64,000 bases of DNA from Phycisphaerales bacterium (GTDB lineage Bacteria > Planctomycetota > Phycisphaerae > Phycisphaerales > SM1A02). Under the pieces are notes generated by a model, which was given only the letters and a program-made list of their open reading frames with translations, was not told where the DNA came from and searched no databases. Made by a program: the position numbers and the translations under genes. The DNA is taken from contig JAKVBQ010000006.1 of assembly GCA_022447205.1 (NCBI GenBank), positions 7,186 through 71,185 of the forward strand. The letters run 5' to 3'. Below, piece by piece: positions 8,936-18,263 of this stretch. Position 1 is the stretch's first letter. Every line of letters starts with the position of its first letter.

Positions 8936-10774
8936 TCAGCCGACGGGAATCGTCCTGGCGATCCGTTCGTAGAGCGGGCATCGCTCGAGGAGCTCGTGGT
9001 GCGTGCCGTCGTCGATCACCCGTCCCTCATCCATCACGATGATCCGATCGGCGGCCATGATCGTCGCCATCCGGTGCGCGATCATCAGGACGGTACGTCC
9101 CTCCGAGAACGTCCGGATCGACTCGTTGATGAGGTCCTCGCTCTCGGCGTCGATCGCGCTGGTGGCCTCGTCGAGCATCAGGATCGCCGGATCACGCAGC
9201 ATCGCACGGGCGATCGCGATGCGCTGCCGCTGTCCACCGGACAGGGTCGAACCGAACTCCCCGACCTGGGTGCGGTAGCCCTCGGGCAGGCGGCCGATGA
9301 AGTCGTCCGCATGCGCCGAGCGGGCGGCATGCTCGATGTCCTCGGTGTCGACTCCGATCGTCCCGAACCGGATGTTTTCCTCGATCGTCCCCTGGATGAT
9401 CACCGGCTCCTGGGTCACGACGCCGATCTGCGAGCGAAGGCTGCGCAGGTCGACCTTGGCGAGGTCGACCCCGTCGATGAGGACGCTGCCGTCTTCCGGT
9501 CGGAGCAGTGCGGGCACCAGTGACAGGAGCGTCGTCTTGCCGCAACCGTTGGGACCGACGATCGCGACGGTCTCGCCATGGGCGATGCTGAGATCGACAC
9601 CATCGACGGCATTGCGTTCCGCGCCGGCGTAGCGGACCTGCACACCCTTGAACTCGAGGCTCTCGGCATGCCTGGGCAGTCGGGCCAGGTCGTCGCCGCG
9701 TCGTCGTTCACGTGGTTCGTCGAGGACCTCGAGCAGGCGCTGGGCGGGTGCGGCCGAGGCCTGGATGTCGTTGATGAGATTCGCGAGCGGTCGGAGCGAC
9801 GCACCGGCGACCGCGAGCGCTGCGATCGAGAGGATGAAGCGATCGACGTCGAGCCTGCCATCGAGGATCTGGTTCGCCGCGAACCCGGCGAGCAGCAGGA
9901 CCACGATCACCGCGAGCGCCTCGACCAGGGGGCTCGAGATCGCACGTGCGGTTCGGATCCTGAAGTCCTGTTCCATCACCTTGCGGTTGATGCGACCGAA
10001 CCTCGAGATCGAGACCCGCTCCGCGGTCGAGGTCTTGATCGCACGAAGTCCCTGGAGGACCTCGCCGGAGACCTGCAGCAAACCGGCCTGTGCATCGAGA
10101 CTGCCGCGGGCACCCTTCCGGATGCGACGACCGAAAGTCTTCAGGATCACGCCGATGAGCGGACCGAGGACCACTGCGATCAGCGTGAGCCGCCAGTCGA
10201 CGATGATCGCCACCGTGAAGGCCGCGATCCCCTTCGACACCTGGGCGACCGACTTCCCGAGCAGGGTGTTGAACCCGGCCTGGAGCGCCATGGCGTCCTT
10301 GTTGATGCGGCTCACCATCTCCGAGGGCCCGAACCGGAAGACTTCGCCAAGCGGCATCTCGATCGCATGCCGGAAGGCATCGAGTCGGACCCGGGTGACG
10401 GTGACGATCGAGATCGTGAGTGAACAGAACTGGTGCCCGAAGTTCGCGAGGGCCCCGAGGATCGTGAGCACCCCCACCGAGGTCAGCACCAGCACCACAC
10501 CTTCGAAGGGATCGGTCGGGAGATGTTCGAACAGCCAGTCGGGAACCGCGACCAGGGGACCGGTCGCGTTGTACTCCTGGGCGATCTCGGGAAGCGAGCG
10601 CTGTTCGTCGCCCAGCATCAGCTTCAGGATCGGGGCGAGGCTGAGGAGCCCGACACCGAGGCCGGCCGCGGAGACGAGGGCGAAGAACACCCCCAGGGCG
10701 AGGGTGACCCGTTCCCGAAGGAGCTTGCGTGCGAAGTACCAGAAAGCGGACATTGATCCGGCAGTATCCGTCAT
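8936..10774 (-). CDS. ABC exporter, fused permease/ATPase (MsbA-like)
   Basis: Six-TM ABC exporter domain followed by an NBD (GPNGCGKTT, LSGGQRQRIAIARA, ILMLDEATSAID). The start is taken at MTDTAGSMSAFWYF (ATG 10774; alternative ATG 10753). The track ORF extends further upstream and overlaps aroA, so that extension is rejected. Confidence 0.88.
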   Translation of the reverse strand: MTDTAGSMSAFWYFARKLLRERVTLALGVFFALVSAAGLGVGLLSLAPILKLMLGDEQRSLPEIAQEYNATGPLVAVPDWLFEHLPTDPFEGVVLVLTSVGVLTILGALANFGHQFCSLTISIVTVTRVRLDAFRHAIEMPLGEVFRFGPSEMVSRINKDAMALQAGFNTLLGKSVAQVSKGIAAFTVAIIVDWRLTLIAVVLGPLIGVILKTFGRRIRKGARGSLDAQAGLLQVSGEVLQGLRAIKTSTAERVSISRFGRINRKVMEQDFRIRTARAISSPLVEALAVIVVLLLAGFAANQILDGRLDVDRFILSIAALAVAGASLRPLANLINDIQASAAPAQRLLEVLDEPRERRRGDDLARLPRHAESLEFKGVQVRYAGAERNAVDGVDLSIAHGETVAIVGPNGCGKTTLLSLVPALLRPEDGSVLIDGVDLAKVDLRSLRSQIGVVTQEPVIIQGTIEENIRFGTIGVDTEDIEHAARSAHADDFIGRLPEGYRTQVGEFGSTLSGGQRQRIAIARAMLRDPAILMLDEATSAIDAESEDLINESIRTFSEGRTVLMIAHRMATIMAADRIIVMDEGRVIDDGTHHELLERCPLYERIARTIPVG

Positions 10775-10802
10775 TCGATGCCTGAAGTGTGAAACGCGTC
10801 GA

Positions 10803-12086
10803 TCAGCTATCGAGCAAATCGGCCCTGTCGGCCCAGAATCCGGGATAGCTTTTCGCGACGCAGCCCGGATCCTCGATCGAGACCCCCTCGCGGAGGAGCC
10901 CCAGGATCCCGAAGGACATCGCCATCCGGTGATCGTTCCAGGTGGCGACCCGGATCGGACCCGCATGCATCGTGCTCGGGTCGATCTCGATCGCATCGGG
11001 ATGCTCGTGCACCGTGCAACCGGTCTTGCCGAGTTCCATCGCGAGTGCGTGGATGCGATCGGTCTCCTTGACCCGGAGCGTCCGGAGTCCATCGATCCTC
11101 GTGGGGCCCTCCGCACTTGCCGCGACCACCGCGAGCATGACCGCGGCGTCAGGACAGGCTTCGGCATCGACATGGGTGCCGACGAGACGTGCCGGTCCGC
11201 GGACCGTGACCGCATGGGGTGCACGTTCGACCAGCGCGCCGAACGCCTCGAGGATCTCGAGTGCAGCCATGTCCGGCTGTTCGCTGTCGGAGGGGATCGG
11301 CACGGTGACCGATGCCCCCGGGATCATCGCGGCGGCGGCCCACCAGTAGACGGCGCTGCTGGCATCGGGTTCGATCCTCGACTCGAACGCGGCGAGCGGC
11401 CCCGCCTCGACGGTCGGACCGTCCGTCACGCGCGCGCCGGCCTTCCGGAGGGTCGCGAGGGTCAGCCTGATGTAGGTCTCGCTGGTCAGCGCCTCGGTGC
11501 AGTCGATCGTGATCCCCTGCCGGGTCCAGGGCGCGACGAGGAGCAGCGCGGAGATGAACTGGCTCGAGGCGGTGCGACCGACCTCCACCCGACCACCGGC
11601 ACGCTCCGTCCAGGGATCGACCGTGGCGGGCAGGTGTTCCGGTGTCCCGGTTCCGGTGATCGGGACACCGAGCGAACGAAGGAGCTCGATCCCTTCCGCG
11701 ACCGGACGTTCACGCATGCGCGGGCTGCCGTCGACGACGACCCGGTCGGAGGCGAAGGCCGATGCGGCAAGCATGAAGCGTGCCGGCGTCCCGCCATCAC
11801 CGAGATCGACGGCACCACCGTGCGGAAACCGACCGGCCACCCCGTCGATCACCCAGCGGTCACCGTCGTCCTCGCACGTCGCACCAAGTCGAGCGAGCGC
11901 GTCGCGCAGTCCGATGGTGTCCTCCGAGACGAGCGGGCCGTCAAGGACGGAGCGCCCGTCGGAGAGTGCGGCGAGCACGAGGGCACGATTGGTGAGGCTC
12001 TTTGATCCGGGAGGCGTGAGCACGCGTTCGAACGGCTGGCGCGCGGTGTCGACGGCAAGCACGTTGTCCGGATGTCGGTCAGTCAT
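10803..12086 (-). CDS. aroA: 3-phosphoshikimate 1-carboxyvinyltransferase (EPSP synthase)
   Basis: 427 aa. It carries LTPPGSKSLTNRALVLAAL, LRVKETDRI and NDHRMAMSF, all characteristic of AroA. Confidence 0.93.
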   Translation of the reverse strand: MTDRHPDNVLAVDTARQPFERVLTPPGSKSLTNRALVLAALSDGRSVLDGPLVSEDTIGLRDALARLGATCEDDGDRWVIDGVAGRFPHGGAVDLGDGGTPARFMLAASAFASDRVVVDGSPRMRERPVAEGIELLRSLGVPITGTGTPEHLPATVDPWTERAGGRVEVGRTASSQFISALLLVAPWTRQGITIDCTEALTSETYIRLTLATLRKAGARVTDGPTVEAGPLAAFESRIEPDASSAVYWWAAAAMIPGASVTVPIPSDSEQPDMAALEILEAFGALVERAPHAVTVRGPARLVGTHVDAEACPDAAVMLAVVAASAEGPTRIDGLRTLRVKETDRIHALAMELGKTGCTVHEHPDAIEIDPSTMHAGPIRVATWNDHRMAMSFGILGLLREGVSIEDPGCVAKSYPGFWADRADLLDS

Positions 12087-12399
12087 CCTTGCGGAAGACC
12101 GCGACGATGTCTTCGACCGGGATCACGAACAGGCGGTTGTCACCCTCGAAGTCCACCGGGATGCCCTGCTTCGGATTGAAGAGGATGCGGTCGTACTGCT
12201 TGATGGGATAGTCCTCGTCACGATCGATCTGTGCGCTGATGGCGACGATCCGACCGGTCAGGGTCGGGATCTCGATCTTGTCGGGGAGATGGATGCCCAC
12301 CTTGGTGACCTTCTTGTCCTCGTCCTTGCGGATGAGAACGCGCATGCCGATGGGCTCGACGACTTCGATCTGGCTGTTCTTCGCGGGTGACTTCGACAT
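12079..12399 (-). CDS. GroES (Cpn10) family protein, divergent, not next to groEL
   Basis: 106 aa. VEPIGMRVLIRKDEDKKVTKVGIHLPD...TGRIVAIS...YDRILF...FVIPVEDIVAVF aligns by eye along E. coli GroES (RPLHDRVIVKR...GGIVL...RGEVLAVG...GDIVIF...LIMSESDILAIV). It overlaps aroA by 8 nt. Confidence 0.7.
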   Translation of the reverse strand: MSKSPAKNSQIEVVEPIGMRVLIRKDEDKKVTKVGIHLPDKIEIPTLTGRIVAISAQIDRDEDYPIKQYDRILFNPKQGIPVDFEGDNRLFVIPVEDIVAVFRKDD

Positions 12400-12463
12400 T
12401 CAGGGGATTCTACGGCATGCGGCCCGAGAGTTCACAGCAGGATCCGGAGGCAATTGCTACAAC

Positions 12464-12988
12464 ATGGGGGTGCCAGACCGCCTCAAGAGCCTGATTCGCG
12501 ATGTCGCCGACTTTCCCAAGCCGGGCATTCTCTTCAAGGACATCACCCCCCTGCTCGCGGACCCCTGCGGACTCTCGCTGGCCGTCGAGCTGATGGCCAA
12601 TTCCTGGCGGGACAATCGACCCGACATCGTCGTCGGCACCGAGAGCCGCGGTTTCATCTTCGGTACCGCGGTCGCCCAGTCGCTGAGCTGCGGCTTCGTG
12701 CCGATCCGGAAGGCCGGGAAGCTCCCCTACGAGACGATCTCCGTCGAGTACGAGCTTGAATACGGTTCAGATGAAGTGCACATGCACGTCGATGCGGTGA
12801 AACCAGGCCAGTCCGTGCTGATGGTCGACGATCTCATCGCCACCGGCGGCACGATGCGAGCCGCCTGCGACCTGATCAACCAGTGCGGCGGCGAGATCCT
12901 CGGGATCGCGGTCCTGATCGAGCTGGCCGGCCTCGGCGGCCGGGAAAAGCTCAAGCCGCACGAGATCCACGCCCAGCTGACGTATTGA
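12464..12988 (+). CDS. apt: Adenine phosphoribosyltransferase
   Basis: 174 aa from ATG 12464. It has FPKPGILFKDITPLL, GTESRGFIFG and the PRPP motif VLMVDDLIATGGT. Confidence 0.92.
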   Translation: MGVPDRLKSLIRDVADFPKPGILFKDITPLLADPCGLSLAVELMANSWRDNRPDIVVGTESRGFIFGTAVAQSLSCGFVPIRKAGKLPYETISVEYELEYGSDEVHMHVDAVKPGQSVLMVDDLIATGGTMRAACDLINQCGGEILGIAVLIELAGLGGREKLKPHEIHAQLTY

Positions 12989-13046
12989 GTGACCGCCCGA
13001 TCGGCACGATGCACGTCGCGTCCCTCGACCGGGATCGTGTCGGCGT

Positions 13047-13526
13047 TCAGCCGTCGAGCAGGAACCCATGCTGCCGCAGGACCCACCACCAGTTCAGGAG
13101 CAGGAGCAGGACGAAGACGATCGCGACGATCGTCCAGCCGGCGGTCGGCATGACGCAGCGGATCGCACGCCCGGTCGTGACGCGCAGCGCCAGGACGAGG
13201 GCGATCCCACCGAGGATCGAGATGATGAGTGGATTCGCGCGCAGCGCAGCGACCGGCTCGAGCGAGGCCGCGGCCTTCACCGCACGGGTGGAACCACACC
13301 CCGGACACGGGACACCGGTGGTCGAGCGCAGCATGCAGAGCGTGCGTTCCTCGCCGGGTGCGGGAGCCGGCAGGACGAACTGCAGGCATTCGAACCCGAT
13401 GACGAAGATGGCGAAGAGTGCCAGCACCAGCATCGGTCCCACACCGGGCCGAGGAAGACGAGGCGCACGTTCCAGTCGAAACTGGAAGCGTGCGCCTCGT
13501 CCTGTTCCGGGAGTTGTCCCGGTCAT
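13047..13526 (-). CDS. DUF2752-like membrane protein
   Basis: 159 aa with the CPGCGSTRA motif flanked by TM segments, typical of DUF2752. Its start codon overlaps the stop of the upstream small membrane protein gene by 1 nt (TGATG). Confidence 0.7.
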   Translation of the reverse strand: MTGTTPGTGRGARFQFRLERAPRLPRPGVGPMLVLALFAIFVIGFECLQFVLPAPAPGEERTLCMLRSTTGVPCPGCGSTRAVKAAASLEPVAALRANPLIISILGGIALVLALRVTTGRAIRCVMPTAGWTIVAIVFVLLLLLNWWWVLRQHGFLLDG

Positions 13527-13825
13527 CAGTTCCCGGCAGCGGCGCCGGCGACGGCCAGTCCACCAAACAGCAGGAAGAACATCACAAGACCGAGGATCTG
13601 AATACAGCAGGTGATGATGCCGAGGATCATGCCGGCCTTGGTCATGCCTTCGCCGGTCGGATCCATCTGGCCTGCCTGCATCTTCTGCAGGTCGCTCCGA
13701 CCCATGACCCAGGCGATGATGCCGAAGATCGCGCAGACCACCAGCCCAAGAATGCCAAAGACCAGGATCAGTGTTGCGCGGTGCGGGGCGACGCCCCCAC
13801 CAGCTCCGGTATTCATGCTTGTCAT
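13526..13825 (-). CDS. Small DUF4190-like membrane protein
   Basis: 99 aa from MTSMNTG (ATG 13825; alternative ATG 13816). Two hydrophobic helices (TLILVFGILGLVVCAIFGIIAWV, GMILGIITCCIQILGLVMFFLLF). It is paired with the DUF2752 gene, as is often seen. Confidence 0.6.
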   Translation of the reverse strand: MTSMNTGAGGGVAPHRATLILVFGILGLVVCAIFGIIAWVMGRSDLQKMQAGQMDPTGEGMTKAGMILGIITCCIQILGLVMFFLLFGGLAVAGAAAGN

Positions 13826-14053
13826 CGTCAAATGTCCTCTCTTGTGCGTTCTATGGGAAACAGTCGATTCCCATGACGGGAAATAGCTCGAAAATGAAGT
13901 TGTCGGCCCAGATTCTCCGGTACAAAGACCGGTATGGGAAGGCCCACGCCCACGGAAGCAGCGACCACCACCCATTCCCGGTGGAGGAGCTTGCTTTCGG
14001 AGGATACAATAGAACGCTTGATTGTGCGCCAAAACCGCTGAACGAGGACTGAG

Positions 14054-15271
14054 ATGTCAGCCATCACACCGACCAACACGACTGATGCCGCCAACAGCAC
14101 CCAACTCGCTCCGGAGCAGGACCCGCTGCATCTGATCGACGTCGATCACGTGCGCTTCTGCGTCGGGAACGCCAAGCAGGCCGCGATCTTCTACGCATCG
14201 ACCTTCGGGTTCAGGATCACGCAGATCCGCGACCTGACGTGTGGTGCACGAACGATGGCCAGGTACTTCCTCGAGCAGGGCAACATCAGGTTCATCCTGG
14301 AGACCCCACTGCATCCGGATCACCCGGCGAACGAGGATCTCCGGAAGTACGGCGACGGCATCAAGGACATCGCCTTCACCGTGCACGACGCGAAGGCCGC
14401 CTACGAGCGAGCGCTCGCGAACGGCGCCACCTCCGCGCACGGCATCGAGGAGTTCTCCGACGAAAACGGCACGGTGACCACCGCTTCGGTCCGGACCTAT
14501 GGTCGCGTGGTGCACACCTTCGTGAGCCGGACCGGTGCCTACGGTCTCCCCGAACTCAAGCAGGGCGGCCTCTTCATGCCGGGCTGGGCGCCGTACGACT
14601 GCGCACTCAACCAGTACAACCTCGACAACCCCTGCGGGCTGAAGTACGTCGACCACTGCGTCGGCAACGTCGAGGAAGGCAAGATGAACCACTGGGTCGA
14701 GTGGTACGAGAAGACCCTCGAGTTCTCGATGTTCAAGCACTTCGATGACGCGGACATCTCGACCGAGCACTCCGCGCTGATGTCGAAGGTCATGGCCAGC
14801 GGCAACCACCTCATCAAGATGCCGATCAACGAGCCGGCCGAAGGCCTCAAGAAGAGCCAGATCCAGGAGTACCTCGACTGGCACGACGACACCCCCGGCT
14901 GCCAGCACCTCGCGCTGCGCACCGACGACGAGCTTGCCTCGGTCGCCGAACTGCGTCGTCGCGGCGTGAACTTCCTCCAGCTTCCGGATGCCTACTACGA
15001 GAAGGTCTGGGACCGCGTCAACGGTGTCCTCCGCGAGCACGGCCACGAGCCGGTGAAGGAGGATCACGAGCGGATCAAGGACCTCGGCATCCTGGTCGAC
15101 GCCGACGACGAGGGCTACCTGCTGCAGCTCTTCACCAAGCCGCTGCAGGACCGCCCCACGATGTTCTTCGAGATCATCAGCCGCATGGGCAGCCAGAGCT
15201 TCGGCAAGGGCAACTTCAAGGCGCTCTTCGAAGCCCTCGAGATCGAGCAGGATCGTCGCGGCAACCTGTAA
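14054..15271 (+). CDS. hppD: 4-hydroxyphenylpyruvate dioxygenase
   Basis: 405 aa. Two VOC/glyoxalase-like halves and the C-terminal signature QLFTKPLQDRPTMFFEIISRMGSQSFGKGNFKALFEALEIEQDRRGNL typical of HPPD. Confidence 0.93.
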   Translation: MSAITPTNTTDAANSTQLAPEQDPLHLIDVDHVRFCVGNAKQAAIFYASTFGFRITQIRDLTCGARTMARYFLEQGNIRFILETPLHPDHPANEDLRKYGDGIKDIAFTVHDAKAAYERALANGATSAHGIEEFSDENGTVTTASVRTYGRVVHTFVSRTGAYGLPELKQGGLFMPGWAPYDCALNQYNLDNPCGLKYVDHCVGNVEEGKMNHWVEWYEKTLEFSMFKHFDDADISTEHSALMSKVMASGNHLIKMPINEPAEGLKKSQIQEYLDWHDDTPGCQHLALRTDDELASVAELRRRGVNFLQLPDAYYEKVWDRVNGVLREHGHEPVKEDHERIKDLGILVDADDEGYLLQLFTKPLQDRPTMFFEIISRMGSQSFGKGNFKALFEALEIEQDRRGNL

Positions 15272-15348
15272 GCGACTGGACTCAACCGAGTTTCATGAAG
15301 AGGACACGGGCAGCCTGAGGCTGGCTGGTGGTGTGCGTCAGGTCGGGA

Positions 15349-15591
15349 TCACGAATCAGGTTCGACCACGTCGACCGTGCCGTAGGTCCACTGTCTGTAG
15401 GCCTTCCCGCTCTCGGGGTCGTAGGTGAAGTGTTGAACCTTCGGGATGAAGAGGTAGACCGCGATGCCGATCACGCCAAGGGCAATGATGAGCAGAAAGA
15501 AGAGTGTGCCGTCCTCGAACCTGGTCAAAGGCTTTGACGGTTCATGCCTTTCGCCCGCATAGAAATCCTGGTCCCGCATGCTGGTCTCCAT
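15349..15591 (-). CDS. Hypothetical small single-TM protein
   Basis: 80-aa ORF with one hydrophobic helix (LFFLLIIALGVIGIAVYLFI). Third codon positions look GC-rich by eye. I recognise no homology. Confidence 0.5.
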   Translation of the reverse strand: METSMRDQDFYAGERHEPSKPLTRFEDGTLFFLLIIALGVIGIAVYLFIPKVQHFTYDPESGKAYRQWTYGTVDVVEPDS

Positions 15592-15774
15592 TCTTCTCCG
15601 AATGGTACGACAAATCTGGAACGAACCGAAGGAATCCCTGCCCGCCTGCTGATGTCAGGTTCCTGGACAGATTTTCTGGATCGAATGAGTTCAATGCCGG
15701 CATCAAGGATTTACACGCAAGAAATGGGAACCACAACCTGTTCTCGATCCCCTGGGAAGGCTGGTTGTCAGGGC

Positions 15775-15852
15775 TTCACCAAGCCGCTGCAGGGCCGTCC
15801 CGCGATGTTCTTCGAGATCATCGGCCGCATGGGCAGCCAGAGCTTCGGCAAG
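15775..15852 (+). pseudogene. Relic copy of the hppD 3' end (encodes FTKPLQGRPAMFFEIIGRMGSQSFGK)
   Basis: 78 nt match hppD positions 15131-15208 at 74/78 by hand alignment. The copy is on the same strand, about 640 nt downstream of the original. The homology stops before the hppD stop codon and there is no intact gene context. Confidence 0.75.
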
Positions 15853-15924
15853 CGCCCCCCGTCATCGACGGAGGGCGCATGTCATCAGGTCACGGCGATG
15901 GATGGATGCCTCCCGGCAAGGGCG

Positions 15925-18054
15925 TCACTGGCAGGAGCCCCAATTACCCAGCAACAGCGCAAGGTCCTGGCCGTTGATGACGCCATCCAGATTGAGGTCG
16001 TACTCAGGGTCGACGGATCCGTTGGGATCAGATTGCCAGGCCCCGAGGAGGAGAGCGAGATCGGCACCGTCCACGACCCCGTTGCCATCGAGGTCTCCCT
16101 GGCATGAAGCCACCTGGCACGCATCAAGCGTGCCATCAGCATCTGCATCTTCGCAGCTCTCTGCAATGCAGTTCCCGCCACCGTCGACCCACTCGCCGAC
16201 CGTGTTTCCATTGATATTGCCGCACACGTCGGTTGAGATCAGCGTTGTCAGGTAATCCGCGGTCGCGAGGCCTCCGCCTTCTGCCCCATTGCTCGTGTTG
16301 TCTCGGATGAGACATTCACTGAACGTAACGTCGCACGTATCCTCGGGCCCTCCCACGTAGACACCACCTGCAACGATCGCAGCAGTGTTGTCGACGATGT
16401 GGCAATGCTCGAAGAGCGCCTGGACCGGTGCTCCAGATGACCCCTTCAGGTAGACCCCTGCACCAATGGGCGTATTGCCGTTCCGGAACACGAGGTTCTC
16501 GAAGACCAGTCCGGACTCACCGTTCACAACGGTCAGGAGACGCCCGCTCCCTTGACCTTGAATGATGCTTCCCGGATCACCATCAGCATTCAACGTACCC
16601 TTGATCGCCAGCGTCTTGCCATCGAGATCCAGTGCATTGGCGATGTCCCAGGTACCCTCCTCGAGCAGCAACGTCGTGCAGGGGTATGCAGAGTCAATCG
16701 CGACCTGGACATCCATCGCTTCCGAAAGAGGCGCAGAACACGTACTCGCAAGAACGTTGCCGCCACTGTCGGACCAATTGCCGACCACCTGTTCCGGGTA
16801 ATTCTCGCAGATCATGTTGCCGGTGAGTGACGGATCCTCGACATTCCCGAGACCTGCAACCGCAGCGCCCTGCGCAAGGGTCGTGCTGTTGCCCGTGATG
16901 ATGTTGTTGAAGAGCGAGGGAGAGCCCTGCTGGCAGTTGTACATGTAGATCGCAGCGCCTCGTAAATCGCTTTCATTGCACGCGATCGTACACCCACTGA
17001 TCGTTGCATTACTTCTGTACAAGTAGATTCCACCCCCGAGATTGCCGAGAATGCTGCAGTTGGAGATCGACGGATGTGTTTCGAATTCCTGCTTTGAATC
17101 ACTCGTCAAGTACGACTTGATGGCATGCCCCTTGTTCGCCGAAAACTCACAATCATTGATTCGGACATCCGAGTCCTCGCCGCGTATGTACAACGCGATC
17201 GAGTCGGTATCGACGCCATTGTCGAGGAACCTGCAGTTCGTGACAGTTGCCGGACCTCCACTGAACACATAACCGTTCTGGTCTATCAGTGAGAGTCCCA
17301 CACCCCGGTTCCCACGAAACGTGCAGTTCGAGAACAAACTCGTGAAGACCGGACCACCGAGCGTGACACCGGCGTCGTTCAACGCGACCAGGCAATCGGT
17401 CATGGTGGCCGACACCAAGTAACTGCCTACGATGGCCTTGCCTGTGTTCTCGGAGATGACGCAGTTCGTCAATTTGAATCTGACCCCCTCACGTCCGTAG
17501 ATCGTGCTTTCATCAGCGACGTTCTCCCTGAAGACACAATCCGTGTACTTCAAAATGTTGTCCTCTTCCGAGAAGACTGCACTGCCCTGTCCTGCAGAAT
17601 TCGACTCGAACACGCAGTTGTTGAATTCAGTATCCGATGAATATCGAAGGTACACCGCGCCACCAATACTGTCGTAATGCGGGAAATCCTCGTCTGGCTC
17701 ACCGACACCATCGCGAAAGATGAGATTCTCGAACACGGTCTCAGCAAACTGTTCATTCAGGCAATTCACGATTCGATGCACTCCACCCCCACTCAGAACA
17801 GTCAAGGGCGCACCGTTGTCATCCGTCTCACCACGAATCGTCAGCCCCTTGGCAGCCGTGTCGATCGCGACACCTTCCATGTACGTTTCGGCGGAGAGCT
17901 GGATCACGTCCCCGTCATTCGCGGCGGCGATCGCGGCGTTGATCGATGTGAAGTCGCAATCGGAATCACCACAGACGGTGATCGTATCGGCACTGGCAGA
18001 AGCAATGACGGATCCTGAAAAGACCAAGACAGCTGTCGTCAGAGTACGGTGCAT
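15925..18054 (-). CDS. Secreted right-handed parallel beta-helix repeat protein with C-terminal twin dockerin/EF-hand-like module
   Basis: The start is placed at MHRTLTTAVLVFSGSVIASASA (signal peptide, ATG 18054). It has many repeats of the N/D-C-x-F/I-x-x-N type (NCVFESN, NCTFRGN, NCRFLDN, NCSILGN), typical of pectate-lyase-fold beta-helices. The C-terminus is DLDGNGVVDGADLALLLGAW...DLNLDGVINGQDLALLLGNWGSCQ. Confidence 0.8.
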   Translation of the reverse strand: MHRTLTTAVLVFSGSVIASASADTITVCGDSDCDFTSINAAIAAANDGDVIQLSAETYMEGVAIDTAAKGLTIRGETDDNGAPLTVLSGGGVHRIVNCLNEQFAETVFENLIFRDGVGEPDEDFPHYDSIGGAVYLRYSSDTEFNNCVFESNSAGQGSAVFSEEDNILKYTDCVFRENVADESTIYGREGVRFKLTNCVISENTGKAIVGSYLVSATMTDCLVALNDAGVTLGGPVFTSLFSNCTFRGNRGVGLSLIDQNGYVFSGGPATVTNCRFLDNGVDTDSIALYIRGEDSDVRINDCEFSANKGHAIKSYLTSDSKQEFETHPSISNCSILGNLGGGIYLYRSNATISGCTIACNESDLRGAAIYMYNCQQGSPSLFNNIITGNSTTLAQGAAVAGLGNVEDPSLTGNMICENYPEQVVGNWSDSGGNVLASTCSAPLSEAMDVQVAIDSAYPCTTLLLEEGTWDIANALDLDGKTLAIKGTLNADGDPGSIIQGQGSGRLLTVVNGESGLVFENLVFRNGNTPIGAGVYLKGSSGAPVQALFEHCHIVDNTAAIVAGGVYVGGPEDTCDVTFSECLIRDNTSNGAEGGGLATADYLTTLISTDVCGNINGNTVGEWVDGGGNCIAESCEDADADGTLDACQVASCQGDLDGNGVVDGADLALLLGAWQSDPNGSVDPEYDLNLDGVINGQDLALLLGNWGSCQ

Positions 18055-18263
18055 GGTTCTCGATCTCCTCCGCGATTTCATTTGAATGGGGCAGGAAACA
18101 CCCGTGCGCACACCCTAACAGCCGAAGGACTCGATTCACAGAGTCATTTTCAGCACGGCTGTCACAACGCCATTACCAAGAAGGAATCTGCTGCCAGTGC
18201 CTTCTTCGCGGGTTTCTTTGTGGTCTTGTGGAGTGACTGGCGGAGACTGATCCGGGTTCGCGC

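Noticed and set aside
9648-12005. 785-aa plus-strand ORF
   Set aside because: It is antisense to the MsbA-like exporter and aroA, with no recognisable motifs and shadow-ORF composition.
14057-15067. 336-aa minus-strand ORF
   Set aside because: It is antisense to hppD.
15544-16107. 187-aa plus-strand ORF
   Set aside because: It is not a gene. Its only meaningful segment is the 26-aa hppD relic, and the rest overlaps the beta-helix gene's 3' end on the other strand.
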